Of a DNA stretch of 21,759 bases, positions 1 to 8,612 are shown piece after piece; position 1 is the stretch's first letter, and the number at the start of each line of letters is the position of its first letter. The position numbers were made by a program, and so were the translations under genes. This DNA comes from Promethearchaeota archaeon (GTDB taxonomy: Archaea > Asgardarchaeota > Lokiarchaeia > Sigyniarchaeales > SOKP01): assembly GCA_016926735.1 (NCBI GenBank), contig JAFGOA010000147.1:1-21759 (forward strand). The letters are read 5' to 3'. The notes beneath the pieces are model-generated. The model worked only from the letters and a program-made list of their open reading frames with translations, searched no databases and was not told where the DNA came from.

Positions 1-83
1 ATTAAATATTAAAAATCTTAATATATTAGATTAAAGGATTAATTTTTTCTTGATTTAAAAAAATCATAGTTTATAATAATACA

Positions 84-926
84 ATGCTAGAATCATTAAT
101 TCAAAAGAAATCTATTAAAAATCTTAGAAGAATTTTATCAAAATCATATGCAATCTCTGAAAAAAATATCAGAATGCAATTAAGGTTTAAATATTCATTA
201 TTAGTTGGTTATATTACACCTATAATCTCTATAATTATGCCTTTTTTTATTTTTGGTAAAATTTTTAATTATAATCCAAATTTAGGTCCATGGAATGCAC
301 AAAATTATATAGTGTTTCTTTTTATCAGTTATAATCTTTTATTGATGAGTTCCATCATTACTGGTATTCCTCATAGATTAAATGAAGAAAAATTCTGGAA
401 AACTTTACCAGGACTAATGGTTGCTCCATTTAATAGATTTTATTTATTAATAGGATATTTTATTTCTGAATTTTTTGTTGTTTGTATTCCATTCTTTATA
501 ATATACATTATATTATTATTTATTTGGCCTATTACTTTTGGAACTGCTATTACAATTTTAATAATATATATATCCATAGCATTAATTTTTAGTGGAATAG
601 GGCTAATAATCGGTGTTTTTGCCATTTCCAATGAGAATGTATGGGGTTTTTTAAGATTTGGTATATCAGTTATTTTATTAATGAGTTGTATAACTTATCC
701 ATTTGAAATATTCCCTGAAAGTATACAATCTCTCATAAAAATTAATCCTATATATTATATAATAGATATTATAAGATTATTATGGATTGAAAATAATGTC
801 CTTTATACATTCTCTACTCATCTCCCCCATATTGCTGTTTTATTAATGGGATTAATCATTTTTCCTTTAGTTGGAGTAACTCTTTTTAATTATGTATATA
901 AAAAATTAGGAATATCAGGATATTAG
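84..926 (+). CDS. ABC-2 type exporter permease
   Basis: 280 aa with about 6 hydrophobic segments. The C-terminal YPFEIFPESIQSLIKINPIYYIIDIIR matches the ABC-2 membrane signature. It ends 5 bp upstream of an ABC ATPase. Confidence 0.88.
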   Translation: MLESLIQKKSIKNLRRILSKSYAISEKNIRMQLRFKYSLLVGYITPIISIIMPFFIFGKIFNYNPNLGPWNAQNYIVFLFISYNLLLMSSIITGIPHRLNEEKFWKTLPGLMVAPFNRFYLLIGYFISEFFVVCIPFFIIYIILLFIWPITFGTAITILIIYISIALIFSGIGLIIGVFAISNENVWGFLRFGISVILLMSCITYPFEIFPESIQSLIKINPIYYIIDIIRLLWIENNVLYTFSTHLPHIAVLLMGLIIFPLVGVTLFNYVYKKLGISGY

Positions 927-931
927 TTATT

Positions 932-1855
932 ATGTCAAAAGAAAAAAATATTATTGAGACTTTTAATCTTACAAAAAGCTATCATCTAAAAAAAAGAAAA
1001 ACATCTATACTTGCTTTAGATGATGTTAATATTAAAATTAAAGAAGGTGAAAAATTTGGGTTATTAGGACCGAATGGTGCAGGCAAAACTACTATGGTTT
1101 CAATTTTAACTACTTTAATGCAACCAACAAGAGGTTATGTAATAATTGATGGATTTAATATACTCAATGACCCTATTGCTGTAAGAAATAAAATTGTTTT
1201 AATGCTTGGTAATGAAATGATATACTATAGAATTACAGGTTATGATAATCTAAAATTCTTCTGTAAAATATATCAAATTCCTAATTATAAAGAAAAAATA
1301 TATAATATCGCTAAAGAATTTAATATAGAAAAATGGTTAAATGAATATGTTGAGCGTTATTCTATGGGAATGAAAGTAAAACTATCTTTATGCAGAACTC
1401 TTTTATTAGATCCAAAGATTTATTTCCTAGATGAACCAACATTTGGATTAGATGTTAAAACGGTAAATTTTATTGTAAATAAGTTAAAAAAATTAAATAA
1501 AACAATTTTTCTAACCAGTCATAATATGAATGTTGTAGAAAAATTGTGTGATCGAATTGCTTTTATTAATAATGGTAAAATACAAGCAATTGGAGATAAA
1601 GACTACTTAAAAACTATAATGAAACAAAAAATAGAATTAATTATCGAAATTCTTGAGAATAAAAAGGAATTAATATCTAAACTCGAAGAAGTATCCTTTA
1701 TAACAAACGTAAATGAACATAAAAACGGAATTTTAGTTGAATTGGATGAAAGAAATAATTATTCAAAATTATTATCTATTCTACAAAATTATAAGATTTT
1801 GAGTATAAAGGAATCAGAATTAAGTATAGAAGATCTTTTTATGAAAATAATTTAA
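932..1855 (+). CDS. ABC transporter ATP-binding protein (DrrA/CcmA-like exporter ATPase)
   Basis: Walker A GPNGAGKTT, signature variant YSMGMK, Walker B YFLDEPT, H-loop TSH. Confidence 0.95.
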   Translation: MSKEKNIIETFNLTKSYHLKKRKTSILALDDVNIKIKEGEKFGLLGPNGAGKTTMVSILTTLMQPTRGYVIIDGFNILNDPIAVRNKIVLMLGNEMIYYRITGYDNLKFFCKIYQIPNYKEKIYNIAKEFNIEKWLNEYVERYSMGMKVKLSLCRTLLLDPKIYFLDEPTFGLDVKTVNFIVNKLKKLNKTIFLTSHNMNVVEKLCDRIAFINNGKIQAIGDKDYLKTIMKQKIELIIEILENKKELISKLEEVSFITNVNEHKNGILVELDERNNYSKLLSILQNYKILSIKESELSIEDLFMKII

Positions 1856-1905
1856 TATCCATTATTTAATTAGATTAAATTAATTAAAATATAATTCCAT
1901 AAAAT

Positions 1906-3162
1906 ATGAATATTTTATTACTTACTTTTGATTTTTATCCAGAAAAAGGAGGAATATCCCACACAATCAATTCAATGTGCAAATACTTTAAAAATACTGA
2001 CCATAACTTGATTATTTTAAATCCAAATTTTAATGGAGAAAATATTCATAAATTATTAGATAAAACATATACTTTAAGAAAAATATTGAATATTTCTTTA
2101 AGAAAAAGAACTCCTCGGCAGATTATATCTATCTTTAGATCTCTAATGAAGGATAAAAATATTTCATTATTTCAAAGGATAAATTTAATCTTATTTTTTC
2201 TTTTAAAACCAAAAACTTTGATTAAAATTGTTGATAATTTCGATAAGGTTTATTCTTTTTTGAAAAAAAGTGATTTTGATGTTGTTGTAACATCTGAATC
2301 TGGAAATCTATTGGTCTTAGGAATTATTATTTCAAAAATATTTAATAAAAGGTTGATATCTCTAGCACATGGTCTTGATTTTCTAATAAAAAGCTATTTT
2401 TCTTTAAAATATTTTTATTTTAAAAATACTGATATGTTTATTTTAAGCAATAAATGGTTAAAAAAAGTTTTTCAAAAAATCTATAATATCTCTGATGAAA
2501 AAATAGACATAATAAACCGAGGTATGTTTTTTGAAACATATCAAATTGAAGAATCAAAAGAGACTCTTCGGAATAAACATAATATACCAAATAATTATTT
2601 TATTTTATTAGGTGTAGGACGCCATACCAAGAGAAAGAATTTTCAACTTGTTATTAAAGCTGTAAAAAAAATAAAAGATTTAGATCCAGCTATAAAATTA
2701 AAATATTATATTATAGGCGAAGGAGAGTACACTCTGGAACTAAAACATTTAGTATTAAAGTATGGATTATTAAATGATATCAAATTTTTAGGAGCTTTAG
2801 ATAATCATACAAGAAATGAATATTATAAACTATCCGATTTATGTTTAATGCCTTCTATATCAAAAAAGAATGATATTGAAGGTTTTGGAATTGTATTTAT
2901 AGAAGCAAATTACAATAAAATTCCTGTAATTGGTTCTGCTTCTGGAGGTATTGTTGAGGCAATATCAAATGGAGAAAATGGATTCCTAATTAAACCAAAT
3001 AATCTCGATGATTTGATACAAAAAATCATCCATCTTTATAATAACAGAGATCTCTGTATTCAGATGGGTGAAATTGGTTATAGAAGAGTTGTAGAAAACC
3101 ATGATTGGGATAAAATTGGAAAAAAATATGAAGAAATTTTTAGAAAAACGATTAACTTTTAA
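1906..3162 (+). CDS. Glycosyltransferase family 4 (GT-B, PimA/PimB-like group)
   Basis: N-terminal DFYPEKGGI, then VGRHTKRKN and the EGFGIVFIEA (EX7E) motif followed by PVIGSASGGIVEAI. Confidence 0.93.
   Translation: MNILLLTFDFYPEKGGISHTINSMCKYFKNTDHNLIILNPNFNGENIHKLLDKTYTLRKILNISLRKRTPRQIISIFRSLMKDKNISLFQRINLILFFLLKPKTLIKIVDNFDKVYSFLKKSDFDVVVTSESGNLLVLGIIISKIFNKRLISLAHGLDFLIKSYFSLKYFYFKNTDMFILSNKWLKKVFQKIYNISDEKIDIINRGMFFETYQIEESKETLRNKHNIPNNYFILLGVGRHTKRKNFQLVIKAVKKIKDLDPAIKLKYYIIGEGEYTLELKHLVLKYGLLNDIKFLGALDNHTRNEYYKLSDLCLMPSISKKNDIEGFGIVFIEANYNKIPVIGSASGGIVEAISNGENGFLIKPNNLDDLIQKIIHLYNNRDLCIQMGEIGYRRVVENHDWDKIGKKYEEIFRKTINF
2827..3162 (+). repeat. Direct repeat copy 1 (3' 336 bp of the GT4 gene); copy 2 is at 6960-7295
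   Basis: Gapless manual alignment to 6960-7295 gives about 55 mismatches in 336 nt (~84%), including a 47-bp identical block (2960-3006 = 7093-7139). Confidence 0.95.
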
Positions 3163-3491
3163 ATATTACAATTTATATGCCTTTTCATTTTATCTATTAT
3201 CTTAGAAAAATATAAAAAAAAATGAGAATATACATTCTAAATGTAATTAGAATAAATATGTAAAATTAGAAATTTATCTCCTTTATAAATAAATTCAAAT
3301 AATAATTATTTAACTTCTTTTAGACTCATTAATGATTATAAAAAATTATAAAAAAATATCACTTTAAGAATATATATTAACTAATATGTTGAAACGTAGA
3401 ATTAAATAAAAATAATTTACTTAATATAAACAATTATAAATTAGTTAAACAGAAAATAATAAATGTGGATTTATTAAATAGTGTAAATAAA

Positions 3492-4880
3492 ATGACAAAG
3501 AATATACTTGTTATTGGGGGCCTAGGATATATTGGGAGTGTATTGTATGACATACTTAAAGCAGAAAAATGGCATGTAAAAATATTAGATAATCATTTAT
3601 ATAGTGAACTCATCCCTACTAATCCTTTTATAAACGTTGATGTTAGAAATAAAGAAAAATTACATGAGATTATTGAAAAATATGATACTATTATAAACTT
3701 AGCTGCAATAGTAGGTGATCCTGCTTGTTTAATTGATACACGTAGTGCTATTGATATAAATTGCATAGGTTCTAAAAATGTGATTGAACTATGTAATGAA
3801 TTAAATAAAGAATTACTTCACATTAGTACTTGCAGTATTTATGGAAGTATACCAAATCAAATTGTCAAAGAAGATAATGAAGGATTTCCAATTGATTTTT
3901 ATGGTCAGACTAAACTTATTCAAGAAAGAACGATAAGGGAAATATTAAAAGACAATTACTGTATGTTTCGCCTTGGTACTGCTTATGGATTAAGTCCTCG
4001 AATGAGATATGATTTAGTAATAAATACTTTTGCTGCTAAAGCTGTGAGTGAGAAAAAAATAACAGTCTTTGGTGGTCAACAAGAAAGACCATTTGTTCAT
4101 ATTAGAGATATATCTAGAGCCATTGTCCATGCAATAAAAAATAATTTAAAAGGAATTTATAATCTTAGAACGGAAAATCTTAGTTTGTTAGAATTAAGTG
4201 AGATTATAAAAGATATTACAAAATGTGAGGTTATTATTGATAAGGATATAATTGATAATCGTAGTTATTTGGTTAATAATTCAAAAATTCTTGATACTGG
4301 ATTTGAATTTGAATATTCTATTAGAGATGCTGTCGAAGAAATTTCTAAATCACCTACAGCAATGGAAATGAATAAAAAGATTTATTCAAATTTAAAATTA
4401 GCAGAAAATAGAAAAATTGCAGAGACTATTGCTTCTAAGAACATACACGTAATAAATGGTGGATTAGCATTAGATGATAGAGGTAGTTTATCATTTGCCA
4501 ATACTTTTAATTTTTGTGGGGTAAAAAGATTTTATCAAGTTCAAAATTTTTCAACAAATACAATACGAGCTTTTCATGGACATTTACATGAAGGGAAATA
4601 TGTTTATGTTCCAAAAGGTAGTGCTGTAATATTAGCTGTAAAGTTAGATGATATTAAAAATCCGTCAAAAAAAGCTGAAATGAATAAGTATATTCTTTCT
4701 GATAAAAAACCTCAAATATTATTTATTCCCCCAAAATATGCAAATGGATTTAAACCGTTAGAAAGAGATACACGTTTAATATTTTTCTCAACGAGTACCT
4801 TAGAAGAAAGTAAAAATGATGATTATCGATTTCCTTGGGACTATTGGGGAAAAGATATTTGGGATATTGAAAATAGATAA
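3492..4880 (+). CDS. Fused extended-SDR nucleotide-sugar oxidoreductase/epimerase plus C-terminal RmlC-like cupin (3,5-epimerase)
   Basis: SDR domain: GGLGYIG, LAAIVGDPAC, STCSIYG, YGQTK. Cupin domain: DDRGSL, RAFHGH, IPPKYANGF. ATG at 3492 (MTKNILV) is preferred to the ORF-track GTG at 3465. Confidence 0.88.
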   Translation: MTKNILVIGGLGYIGSVLYDILKAEKWHVKILDNHLYSELIPTNPFINVDVRNKEKLHEIIEKYDTIINLAAIVGDPACLIDTRSAIDINCIGSKNVIELCNELNKELLHISTCSIYGSIPNQIVKEDNEGFPIDFYGQTKLIQERTIREILKDNYCMFRLGTAYGLSPRMRYDLVINTFAAKAVSEKKITVFGGQQERPFVHIRDISRAIVHAIKNNLKGIYNLRTENLSLLELSEIIKDITKCEVIIDKDIIDNRSYLVNNSKILDTGFEFEYSIRDAVEEISKSPTAMEMNKKIYSNLKLAENRKIAETIASKNIHVINGGLALDDRGSLSFANTFNFCGVKRFYQVQNFSTNTIRAFHGHLHEGKYVYVPKGSAVILAVKLDDIKNPSKKAEMNKYILSDKKPQILFIPPKYANGFKPLERDTRLIFFSTSTLEESKNDDYRFPWDYWGKDIWDIENR

Positions 4881-4900
4881 TACATAAAATAGTGAAAATT

Positions 4901-5794
4901 ATGACAAATATATTGGTTTTAGGTGTTAGTGGTATGCTTGGTTCCATGGTTTTTGATTATTTAAAGAGGAACCCAGAATTTAACGTATATGGAACAGTTA
5001 GAAATGAAGAATTTCAAGAAGATGATATATTTTTATTTGATGCAAATAAATTCTCTCAATTAAGAAAAGATCAATTTCTGAGTTTAAAAATAGAATATAT
5101 TGTAAACTGTATTGGTATTACTAAACCATTTTCAAAGGATAATGATCCTGAAGGTGTAAGACGTGCTATTAAAATAAATTGCGAATTTCCATGGAAGTTA
5201 GACGATTATGCAAAAGAATATAATATAAAAATCATTCAGATAGGGACAGATTGCGTCTATAGTGGGAAAAAAGGGGAATATCTTGAATCAGATTTACATG
5301 ATCCATTGGATGTTTATGGGAAATCAAAAAGTTTGGGGGAAGTTTTTGATGGTAATACATTAATAATTAGGTGTTCAATAATAGGTCCTGAAATAAAAAA
5401 TGAAAAAAATTTTCTCCTTGAATGGTTTTTAAATCAACCAATAGGTAGCACTATCGGAGGATTTGAACATCATATATGGAACGGAGTTACTACTCTTCAA
5501 TTTGCTCAACTTTGTGAAAAAATAATAAACACAAACAAGTTTGAGGAATTATATAAAACATCATATATACATCATTTTATTCCTAATAACACAGTAAATA
5601 AATATGAACTCATGAATATTTTTAATGAGATATTCGATAAGAAATTAAATATAAATAGAATTAATAAACCTGACCAAAAAGTCGATCGAACGCTCTCTAC
5701 AAAATTTAATAAATTGGCTAATATCTTTAAAAATATAAACCTAAATGATGCATTACAAGACTTAAAAAATTATATAGAGAAAAAAAATCTGTAG
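4901..5794 (+). CDS. RmlD-family NDP-4-keto-sugar reductase (dTDP-4-dehydrorhamnose reductase-like)
   Basis: GVSGMLG, NCIG, TDCVYSG, YGKSK, RCSIIGPE, LLEWFL, WNGVTT. ATG at 4901 is preferred to GTG at 4892. Confidence 0.88.
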   Translation: MTNILVLGVSGMLGSMVFDYLKRNPEFNVYGTVRNEEFQEDDIFLFDANKFSQLRKDQFLSLKIEYIVNCIGITKPFSKDNDPEGVRRAIKINCEFPWKLDDYAKEYNIKIIQIGTDCVYSGKKGEYLESDLHDPLDVYGKSKSLGEVFDGNTLIIRCSIIGPEIKNEKNFLLEWFLNQPIGSTIGGFEHHIWNGVTTLQFAQLCEKIINTNKFEELYKTSYIHHFIPNNTVNKYELMNIFNEIFDKKLNINRINKPDQKVDRTLSTKFNKLANIFKNINLNDALQDLKNYIEKKNL

Positions 5795-5827
5795 TTTTAT
5801 ATCCTTATAAGAATTTATTAATTAGAT

Positions 5828-6898
5828 TTATCTATCTTTTTCATAATTAAATTTCAGAGAATTTCCTATTAATATATTACATATTTTTTCAGAAATATTT
5901 TCCCCATAATGAGATACTGGTTTTATAGTAGTTTTTAATGCAAGTTCTACAGCGTCAATCATCTGATCAATATCCATCCCAGTTAAAGTATTAACACCAA
6001 GCTCAATAAGGTCTATTCTTTCTGTACTTTCACGAATAGTTAAACATCTCGTACCTAATATAGCACATTCTTCAACAACAGTTCCACTATCTGTTAAAAC
6101 TAATTTAGCAGATTTTTCCATTTCTAAAAATTCTAAATACCCTTGAGGTGAAATTGGAGTAATACCTTCTTCAAATTGTAGGTCATATTTTTTCATCATC
6201 TGCTTTGTTTTAGGCATAAATATGAATTTTATTTCAATTTTTTTCCTTCTATATAATTCCCCCAAGAAATTAAGAATTAGATTAAGATTTTTTTTGTTTT
6301 CGATATTTTCTGCTCTATGACAAGTGACAAGATAAAAGGGATTTGTATTTTTCATATTAATTTTAATAGAATTTACAACTTCAATAATAGGATTTCCAAC
6401 AACCCAAATTCTCCGAGGATTTAATCCTTCTCGCAATAGATTTTCTTTATGTTCTTGTAAATAACAAATATTCATATCTGCTAAATGATCAATTATCTTT
6501 CTGTTTTTTTCTTCTGGCATTAGCCAATTTTTACTACGCATTCCAGCTTCTATATGTATTAAAGGTATATTTAATTTAGAAGTAGCTAAAGCAAATCCCA
6601 AACTGCTATTATTATCACCTAATATTATCACAAAATCGGGATTTATATCAATTAAAGATTTTTCAAACTCAATCATTAATTTTGCTACTTGCATCGCATG
6701 AGAACCACTCTTGATGTTAAGATTATAATCAGGACTACGGATATCAAGTTGGTCATAAAATATCTTATTTAAGTTATAATCATAATGTTGACCACTATCA
6801 ATAATAACATTATTAAAATAAATATCTAATTTCTTTATGATTTGGGACAGACGAATAATATCTGGTCTAATTCCAATACAGGTAATAATTTTTCTCAT
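5828..6898 (-). CDS. wecB: Non-hydrolysing UDP-N-acetylhexosamine 2-epimerase (WecB family, WbjD/FnlC/QnlB-like subgroup)
   Basis: GIRPDIIRLS, GQHYD, GDNNS, HIEAGMRS, PEEKNR, HRAEN, TDSGTVVEE, IRESTER. IIRLS and DSGT resemble the WbjD/FnlC subgroup. The symbol is family-level only. Confidence 0.9.
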   Translation of the reverse strand: MRKIITCIGIRPDIIRLSQIIKKLDIYFNNVIIDSGQHYDYNLNKIFYDQLDIRSPDYNLNIKSGSHAMQVAKLMIEFEKSLIDINPDFVIILGDNNSSLGFALATSKLNIPLIHIEAGMRSKNWLMPEEKNRKIIDHLADMNICYLQEHKENLLREGLNPRRIWVVGNPIIEVVNSIKINMKNTNPFYLVTCHRAENIENKKNLNLILNFLGELYRRKKIEIKFIFMPKTKQMMKKYDLQFEEGITPISPQGYLEFLEMEKSAKLVLTDSGTVVEECAILGTRCLTIRESTERIDLIELGVNTLTGMDIDQMIDAVELALKTTIKPVSHYGENISEKICNILIGNSLKFNYEKDR

Positions 6899-6950
6899 AT
6901 CTATTTCGAATTTAAATTTAATATTAAAGATAATTTATTCTTAAAGTTAA

Positions 6951-7295
6951 ATGATTCCAAAACTATCTAATTTATGTTTAATGCCTTCTATATAAAAAAA
7001 AAATTATATTGAATGGTTTGGAATTGTATTTATAGAAACAAACTATTATAATCTTCCTTTAATTGGTTCAATTTCGGGAAGTATTGCTGAAACAATATCA
7101 AATGGAGAAAATGGATTCCTAATTAAACCAAATAATCTCAATGATTTGATAAAAAAAAACAATTATCTTTATAATAACAGAGATCTCTGAATTCAGATGG
7201 GTGAAATTGGATATAAAAGAGTTATAAGGGATTATGATTGGACTAAAATTGGAAAGCATTATAAAAGAACTTACAAAAAAGTAATTAATCTTTAA
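6951..7295 (+). pseudogene. 5'-truncated GT4 pseudogene (paralogous copy of the C-terminal 111 codons of 1906..3162)
   Basis: Translates KLSNLCLMPSI*KKNYIEWFGIVFIETN...NRDL*IQMGEIGYKRV...INL*. In-frame stops are TAA 6993-6995 (from TCA) and TGA 7188-7190 (from TGT). No indels versus 2827-3162. Absent from the ORF track. Confidence 0.93.
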
Positions 7296-7355
7296 TCCTT
7301 TTTTAAATCAATAATAAATTTATAATAAGAATAAAAGAGATAATAGAACGAATAA

Positions 7356-8573
7356 ATGGACATGATTTTATCTAATATATATAATCTTCTGAATTTTACT
7401 TATAATATCATTTCTTCTTTCTGGTTTTTCCTGCTAATTATATTATTGGTTATTAGTTTTCATATATTATCTTTTTTATTTAGAGATAAAAAATATATTA
7501 ATCACTACAATCAATTCCATGATCCCGAGATTATTAAAATAGATGATCTGAAATATTTACCTTTAATAAATCTAATTATTCCTGCTTGGAAAGAAGGAGA
7601 AAAATTTGAAATTTGTTTGAATTCTGTTAAAAAACTTTCTTATCCAAATTTAAAAATTATCATAAACGCAGGTGGTAATGAACAAACAATAAAAATTGCA
7701 GAAAAATTCAAGAAATTTGATAATTTTATAATATTACATCAAAGATTTGGTGCTTCAAGACCTTCACTAGGGAAGATCAGAGCATTAAATGAATGTTTAG
7801 ATCATATTAGCGAAGGACTTGTCTATTTTATTGATGCTGATGCTATTTTTGAAGAAGAAACCTTATTACGAGTAATTTATCCGATAATTAATCTTAACAA
7901 AAAGGTAGTTGTTTCAGGGAGACGATTAATACCTTCTTTGAAAAAAAAAGACCTTTCAAAATATTTAGTGATTAATAGAAACGATGTTTACCATGGAGAT
8001 TACTCTCGAGAAGACTATAAAATAGTTTCAGGATCTAATACGTGTTTAGATTTTGAAGTAATTCAAAAACTAGGAAAATTTACTGAAAATGAAAAAATCG
8101 CTACAGACAAATCAATGGCTAACGATATTAATAATAAAGGTTATAATATCTTTCATTTAACACATTATAATTCTAGAATGATGGATCAAAGTTTACCTAG
8201 TGATTTAAAATCCTGGAAAAGACAAAGATCTATATGGCTTTCAAATAATTTCATATATTATTTGAAATTTAATAAAATAAAAAATATTATTAAATTCTTT
8301 CTTCTAATTATTATTTCAATTTACATAATGATTTTTCCAATATTTTTGTTTTTAAATTATATTTTATTTACTCTTGGAGTATATTTTTTTGAGTGGATTT
8401 ATGTTCAAAAAATAAGAAAAGTTATTTTCTATCTCAAAACAACAGAAAAAAAATATCAATTTAATTTAAACTATAAATTCTACCTAAAATTGTTAGGTCT
8501 TATTATAATTGAAATGATGATTAATATTACTTTGATATATGAAATTATAAAGTATAAAAAATTAGTTAATTAA
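7356..8573 (+). CDS. Membrane-anchored glycosyltransferase family 2 (CESA/PgaC/HAS-like architecture)
   Basis: N-terminal TM helix, IIPAWKE, GKIRALN, DXD motif IDADA, SGSN, degenerate ATD and QRSIW motifs, C-terminal TM helices. Confidence 0.88.
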   Translation: MDMILSNIYNLLNFTYNIISSFWFFLLIILLVISFHILSFLFRDKKYINHYNQFHDPEIIKIDDLKYLPLINLIIPAWKEGEKFEICLNSVKKLSYPNLKIIINAGGNEQTIKIAEKFKKFDNFIILHQRFGASRPSLGKIRALNECLDHISEGLVYFIDADAIFEEETLLRVIYPIINLNKKVVVSGRRLIPSLKKKDLSKYLVINRNDVYHGDYSREDYKIVSGSNTCLDFEVIQKLGKFTENEKIATDKSMANDINNKGYNIFHLTHYNSRMMDQSLPSDLKSWKRQRSIWLSNNFIYYLKFNKIKNIIKFFLLIIISIYIMIFPIFLFLNYILFTLGVYFFEWIYVQKIRKVIFYLKTTEKKYQFNLNYKFYLKLLGLIIIEMMINITLIYEIIKYKKLVN

Positions 8574-8612
8574 TCTTTTTAATTATATTTGTTTTTACAA
8601 ATGTCTATCTTC

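Noticed and set aside
3163-3491. Long AT-rich spacer with small stems (e.g. TACAT-TCTAA-ATGTA)
   Set aside because: The stems are short and AT-rich, there is no credible ORF, and I found no homology elsewhere in the window.
6993-7190. In-frame TGA/TAA in the GT4 relic as possible selenocysteine or readthrough recoding (TGT changed to TGA at a Cys)
   Set aside because: The fragment also has a TAA, lacks the whole N-terminal domain and has a damaged EGFG motif (EWFG). This is ordinary decay.
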